Below, piece after piece: positions 61,550 through 64,000 of a stretch of DNA of 64,000 nucleotides. Origin of the DNA: an uncultured Planctomycetota bacterium (GTDB taxonomy: Bacteria; Planctomycetota; PLA2; JAEUHO01); the NCBI GenBank assembly GCA_963752285.1, contig CAVVXN010000005.1:128001-192000 (forward strand), given 5' to 3'. The position numbers were made by a program, and so were the translations under genes. Position 1 is the first letter of the stretch; each line of letters opens with the position of its first letter. The notes below the pieces were generated by a model. The model had not been told where the DNA came from. It saw nothing but the letters and a program-made list of their open reading frames with translations, and ran no database searches.

Positions 61550-64000
61550 ATGGTGCACGTTCGCACGGTCCGCGGATTCGCCTTCGGCCTTGCCGTACTC
61601 GCCCTCGCCCTTGCCGCGCCCGCGTGCGGGGGAGGTGGCGGCGGCGCGAGCGGGGGTGCAAACCTCGTCCTCGTCGGCTTCCTGCAGTCGGGAACCGACA
61701 CGGCTCCGGTGAACACGGAGCTCCAGCTGACCTTCAGCGAGCCGGTGGACCCGGCGACGGTGAACGCGGGATCCGTCGAGATCCGCGAGGCCCCGGCCTT
61801 CGGCCTCACGGCCACGGGGACGTTCATCGTGCAGGGGAGCACCGTGCTCTTCCGTCCGAAGCTGCCCACCGACTGCGCGCTGCTCACGGGCGGACTGAAG
61901 CCGGGGACGACCTACCGGGTCACGGTGGTCGGCTATCCCGAGGAGTTCTCGATCAAGAGCATGAGCGGGTCGCCCCTCGAGCGCACCCAGAACTTCACCT
62001 TCAGCACGCTGCCCGAGACGAACTCGGACGTGCTGCAGGACCAGATCCCGGCCACGGCGCCGGTCGTGCTCTCCACCTCACCGGCCTCGCACGACGCGGC
62101 CGTCCCGGTGGTGGACGGCAACGAGATCGACGTGAACCTGAGCGAGAACCTCGACCCCTGCACCGTCAGCAAGGCGAACATCCAGCTCCACGTGTACCAG
62201 GTCGGTGCGCAGGCCGCGTACGTGCCGGCTCCGAACGGGCACAACTCGGGCTTCACGCCGATCGCGGACCAGGACACGGGTAACCCGTACTCCTGGGGCG
62301 CCTCGAACTCGACGACCCTCACGCCGCCGCAGCTCCTCCCGGCGAACATCGTGCTGGAGCAGACGCTCACCGCGACGCGCATCCGGGTGATCCCGAAGTT
62401 CGGCCGGTTCCCGGACAACAGCCTGGTCGTGCTCGAGCTCTCGTTCGGCGTCAAGGACTTCGGCGGGGACGGCCTGCCGCCCACCGTGGTCAAGTTCACG
62501 ACCGAGAACCAGCCGGCTCAGGACGGCGCGCTCTCGATCCCCTTCGACTCGACCACCCCGATCGTGAAGGGTCTCACGAGTGCGGACGTGAACACGGCGC
62601 GCGCGCCGGGCAAGGCGCAGGCCTTCCTGCTCTTCGCCGGCGACGGCGACAACGGGAGCACGTTCCTCACGCCGACCTTCCCGCGGGCCACGGCCGACTG
62701 CGCCTTCCGCGCGAACTCGGGCGTGAAGACCGACTTCAACCCCGACCCCACGACGACGCCCAGCGTGAACCTCGACACCGGCTCCACCCGGAACACGGCC
62801 TGCAACAACCAGACGGACGGCTCGACCGCCGTGGTCTGGGAGTTCGGGACGTTCCACCTCCAGCCCGGCGTGGTGGTCCGCATCGTGGGCAAGAACCCCG
62901 CGATCCTGCTGTGCCAGGGCGACGTGATGATCGAGACCGGCGCGACCCTGAAGGTCCGCGGTGACGGCGTGAACGGCTCCCCCAAGAGCGACGGGGCGAA
63001 CGGCCAGGGCTACATCTACTCGGGCGGCTACTTCTACCCCGTGAAGACCCTCGGCGGCTCCGGCACGGCGGGCGCCGGTGACGGCGGCGTCGCGCACTCG
63101 CGCTACGCCGAGAACCTCGTGTACAGCGAGAACGGGTGGGCCGGCTACTCGAGCCCCGACTACAACACGCCCGGCGAACAAGGCGGCGTCGGCGCGGGCG
63201 AGGGCCAGCCGGGCCTCAACTCGAATACGTCGAACGCGGGCTGCGGCTACGGTGGCGGTGGCGGCGGTCACGCGACCAAGGGCGCCGACGGCGGGAACTT
63301 CCTCGACTCGACCGAGAGCGAGGTGACCACGGAGCCGATCCAGGGTCATGGCCTCGGTGGCGACACGTACCCGACCGGCGCCAGCGCCGACCGCATGTTC
63401 ACTCCCTCGGCCGGCTCGGGCGGCGGTGGGGGCGGCGGTAACTCCTACAGCTCGTACACCCTCTACGACGGCCCGGGCGGCGGCGGCGGCGCCGGCGGCG
63501 GGTTCGTGGACATCACGTCGGGCGGCGGGATCTACATCTACGGGACGCTGGACGCGTCGGGTGGCCACGGCGGCAACGGGTCGCAGGGCTACTACAGCTA
63601 CTACGTCCCGGGTGGCGGTGGCGGCGGCGGCTCGGGCGGCGGCATCCGCCTCCTGACGCCGAACGACATCGACATCTCGGGCGGGACCGTGATCGCGGCC
63701 GGCGGCGCGGGCGGCATCGGTGGCTGGACGACGTACATGTCCACCACGGCGCAGCGAAACAACGGCGGCCTCGGCGGCCTCGGTCGCCTCGTCATGGAGG
63801 ACGGGGACTCGGTGATCACCGGTTTCGGCCTCGCGACGATCGCCCCGACGGAGGGCCAGGACGGCTTCTACCGCGGCAAGTTCTCGGCTTCCCGCTTCCA
63901 GGGCGGCGGCCTGAACCCCGTTGCGACCACCGACTTCATCTTCCTCGGGCCGATCTCCGCCGCGACCTTCTACTCCGCCCAGGCGTCGGACTTCGTCATG
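61550..64000 (+). CDS. Large surface lipoprotein with Ig-like (Big_5-type) domains and Gly-rich repeats (runs off window end; absent from the ORF track)
   Basis: Read from 61550 as MVHVRTVRGFAFGLAVLALALAAPA-CGGGGGG, with LTFSEPVDPATV, V.STSP, NLSENLDP and later GGGGGGH, GSGGG and GGGGGGSGGGI. GGAG RBS is present. Confidence 0.85.
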   Translation, partial: MVHVRTVRGFAFGLAVLALALAAPACGGGGGGASGGANLVLVGFLQSGTDTAPVNTELQLTFSEPVDPATVNAGSVEIREAPAFGLTATGTFIVQGSTVLFRPKLPTDCALLTGGLKPGTTYRVTVVGYPEEFSIKSMSGSPLERTQNFTFSTLPETNSDVLQDQIPATAPVVLSTSPASHDAAVPVVDGNEIDVNLSENLDPCTVSKANIQLHVYQVGAQAAYVPAPNGHNSGFTPIADQDTGNPYSWGASNSTTLTPPQLLPANIVLEQTLTATRIRVIPKFGRFPDNSLVVLELSFGVKDFGGDGLPPTVVKFTTENQPAQDGALSIPFDSTTPIVKGLTSADVNTARAPGKAQAFLLFAGDGDNGSTFLTPTFPRATADCAFRANSGVKTDFNPDPTTTPSVNLDTGSTRNTACNNQTDGSTAVVWEFGTFHLQPGVVVRIVGKNPAILLCQGDVMIETGATLKVRGDGVNGSPKSDGANGQGYIYSGGYFYPVKTLGGSGTAGAGDGGVAHSRYAENLVYSENGWAGYSSPDYNTPGEQGGVGAGEGQPGLNSNTSNAGCGYGGGGGGHATKGADGGNFLDSTESEVTTEPIQGHGLGGDTYPTGASADRMFTPSAGSGGGGGGGNSYSSYTLYDGPGGGGGAGGGFVDITSGGGIYIYGTLDASGGHGGNGSQGYYSYYVPGGGGGGGSGGGIRLLTPNDIDISGGTVIAAGGAGGIGGWTTYMSTTAQRNNGGLGGLGRLVMEDGDSVITGFGLATIAPTEGQDGFYRGKFSASRFQGGGLNPVATTDFIFLGPISAATFYSAQASDFVM

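Overview
A very GC-rich bacterial chromosomal segment (GC not computed). Its gene content suggests an uncultured Planctomycetota genome (inference): DUF58/BatA clusters, HEAT-repeat and carboxypeptidase-regulatory-repeat secreted proteins, an ECF sigma/zf-HC2 pair and a Gly-rich Ig-domain lipoprotein. Most genes are housekeeping: a heme operon (ccsA-like, hemA, hemE, hemN), xseB, ispA, ahcY, egtD, nadK, purF, guaB-guaA, orn, rlmN, tig-clpP-clpX, rho and a stand-alone EF-G. Accessory genes include a MacB-type ABC system, a CmtR/ArsR-regulated CzcCBA-type metal efflux operon, an ECF sigma/anti-sigma/PDZ locus and a tricorn-like S41 protease. No rRNA, tRNA, CRISPR array or transposase was recognised. 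The strongest hunt result is at the end of the RND periplasmic adaptor gene: it ends ...GAG-TGA-Cys-Val-Glu-Lys-TGA, and the first TGA is followed directly by a bacterial-SECIS-like two-stem hairpin with a GGUC apical loop. This suggests a selenocysteine (Sec-Cys tail) in a heavy-metal efflux adaptor. Other observations: a ClpP with Asn at the catalytic Asp, apparently catalytically dead ADP-ribosylhydrolase and HtrA-like proteins, a divergent RuvB, a structured rho leader, a repeated leaderless-promoter signature, a six-tract G-quadruplex motif upstream of the heme operon, a 3x49-bp REP-like repeat and two frameshifted genes.
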